Positions 61,545 to 64,000 of a stretch of DNA of 64,000 nt are shown piece by piece. The stretch is taken from assembly GCF_004010195.1 (NCBI RefSeq), contig NC_057758.1, positions 1,672,490-1,736,489 on the forward strand. Direction: 5' to 3'. The notes beneath the pieces are model-generated. The model made no database searches. It saw only the letters and a list, made by a program, of their open reading frames with translations, and was not told the origin of the DNA. Within the stretch, counting starts at the first letter, position 1. Each line of letters opens with the position of its first letter. A program made the translations under genes and the position numbers. This DNA is from Chiloscyllium plagiosum. Taxonomy: Eukaryota.

Positions 61545-62190
61545 ACCTCCCCACAGTTTTCAAGCTTCTACATAATCCCTATTCTTTTGGAATGTCTTCA
61601 AAATTCCACATGGTCTCTATAATATTGTGCGGAATTCCAAATTCCTATTTTGGGGATAAGCAAGCTTCCACATATTTCGTGTTATGTGAGATACTATTCC
61701 CATTTCCATATGTTCCTGTGACTTTCGAGCGTATTCCCACATAGAAGTCTTTCAGTCGTTTCTGAGTGCATCTCAATTTTTTTTCCTGATACCCCTTTTA
61801 ATTTACATGGCGTTGCGATACCCACGTTTTCCTATTATTTAAGACTGTATTTCCATTTTCATATGCTCACTTTCTTTTTGGCAGGATTCAACCTTCAGTA
61901 TGTCGTTGCTATTTAGACAATCTTCCAACCTCCACATATTCCTGTTAATTTGATAAGTATTCCAACTTCCACATGATCCCTGTTATTTCAGACAGCATTC
62001 CAAGTTCCAAAGTTCCGTACATTTTAAGACAGACATTTCCACATGTTCCTGTTATTTTAGATAATATTGACATTACAATTCTTACACATTAAGCTGTCGC
62101 TTTAATTTCGTACAGTATTCAAACTTCAAAGTGCTCCCTGCTATTTTTGAAATTATTCCGATTTCTAAATGTCCATCTTATGTTCTATTG
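61545..62190. repeat. Degenerate minisatellite, unit about 37-38 bp
   Basis: Consensus near attccaacttccacatgttcctgttattttagacag; ttccaa recurs at 61923, 61960, 61998. Confidence 0.75.
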
Positions 62191-64000
62191 TGTAGGAGAC
62201 ATTTTCAATAGTAATGTTAAGTGCTGTGTTCAGCAGCAAAATTTGAACTTTATTTGGAGCTCCTGACCAACGCAGTGTGGGAGAGACCAGTGTACACAGG
62301 CTGTAAGACATTCCCCCTCCGCTTCCAATAAAGAATGGTATATGTACATAGTCCGCGTTACAAATCTTATATGCAAAATTGACGTCAGCTCTTGCCACTT
62401 CCCCTCTATACGTTATGCGCCTGTCCAAACACTTACTAGCTGTATCGTACTATGGGTGCAGTTTGATCATTTTCCGGATGTGATAACGACTATGTAATAT
62501 TACAGTATTGTCTCCTTACAACGCTGTTGTCCTCTAATGCTCTTTCACGAAGTTATCTGCTAATACCCCCCATTTTTCGTCATTCTGTCCATGATTTATT
62601 CTACTGGTCAAATGCCCTCCAGTCATACTTGTATACATCATTTGTCATTCAGTATCCCTTTGCTGATGGTCTGCGAACATTTCTCTGTTATCTATATCTA
62701 TTGGTCGAAAGGAATTCAGCTAGTTCCGTAACGTTTGTTCATTAGTTGCACTTGCAATATCAAAACACTTACGTTTATAATATGCAACGACAATTAATCA
62801 AAAACATTTGAATATGTTGGGACCAGTATTTTCCTTCTTCAGTTAACGAAGTAACAACTTTTCTTTTTCCCACTGGAATTTCCTTGAGGCACTTTATGAA
62901 CTTACCTGATTGTCATGGGCATGAAGCCAAGTTTCTAACTGTGGAAATTACTGTATCCGATAACAATTCTCTTCAGCCAGAGGAAGCTTCACCGGACTGT
63001 GTTCCCGCTTCTGAACGCCATTGTTGTTTTGGACAATGCACATGGTTATTTCGGACAGCATCCACACTTCCACATGTCCATGCTATTTTGGATTGCATTC
63101 ACAATTCTGCTCCGTTGGACAGGACCTTCAGCTGTGACTACCCATCTCCTACACTTCTCCCTTCACCCCTTCCCCTCTTTTTTCAAATAAATAATGCATT
63201 GATACCGCAGTACGTGTAAAACTTGCATATCTAAAATAAAAAAAAAATCTACGCATGTTGAAGATCAGGAACAAAAGCTCGACTAATCAAATTCTCTAGA
63301 ATTGAAATATCAGCTGGTTTCTTCTCACAGATGCTATCAGACTTGCTGAATTCCATGAGACATTTTTCTCCTTCCAAGTCTAATTTACCGTTCATGTCAT
63401 GTGCAAAACCTGGAGGCATTTTTGACTTCAGTACACAAATCCAAACAACTTGTGCTTCTCCTTACTGTTTCTAAGCTCTACCAAAACTTATTGTGTGCAA
63501 TCTGAGCTGTGGTATGCTTATTGGTAAATTAGGGCAAGATATTTATCGATGTCTATCCTGACGTTCAGATCATCTTTCTGCCTCCATTTCATTCATCTCA
63601 AGAGGAATAATGAGATTTTCTGTCAAAGTCCCCAACTTTGGCGGAGTGGAGAATGACAATGACCACTGCCATGATGTGTATTCCTCGAGATGTGAGGAAT
63701 TGCTCTATTATAAGTGGCAAATTCGGAGCAGGCAGGTATGCTTTTGTTCTGTCACGAGGTCCACACAGTTTCCGATGGAAGAAAAAGACCTGTTTGTTCA
63801 GCTACCCATCCAGGAGCATCCATAATCATGCCCACAGCGCGAGATAGCAGAGATCGTGGGAAGTTCGATCTTTGTGCAAATAACGTATGTTCAGAATAGC
63901 AAAGATCAGAAACAAACATATCCCATGATAAAAGATGAAAGCTTTAATCTAAAACTGTTTATTGTATCACATTTCAATGACAATGGCCTTCTTTTTCTAT

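Noticed and set aside
62165..63899. Several 60-110 aa ORFs near the window end
   Set aside because: No recognisable motifs, mostly non-ATG starts, no consistent exon structure

Overview
This is eukaryotic, repeat-saturated genomic DNA, almost certainly from an elasmobranch (shark). The evidence is HE1-type V-SINEs with (TCTAA)n tails, HER1-like CR1 LINEs and a SacSINE1-like DeuSINE. A bamboo-shark-type short-read assembly is a guess, not shown by the sequence. Most of the window is nested, decayed retroelements: CR1 LINEs, L2, several SINE families, Penelope-like elements (PLEs) and their small hairpin derivatives carrying minimal hammerhead-ribozyme motifs, and a near full-length Gmr1-type Ty3/Gypsy element (SCAN-like gag, integrase upstream of RT). 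There are two N gaps (1492-2048, 22758-23660), both inside young PLE copies. The only host-gene content found is three paralogous GPR139/GPR142-like class A GPCR copies at different stages of decay: one near-intact two-exon gene with a single deletion/frameshift, and two degraded relics largely missed by the ORF track. No intact protein-coding gene, tRNA, rRNA or CRISPR array is supported. Repeat family names are from recognition of consensus motifs, not database searches, and repeat boundaries are approximate.
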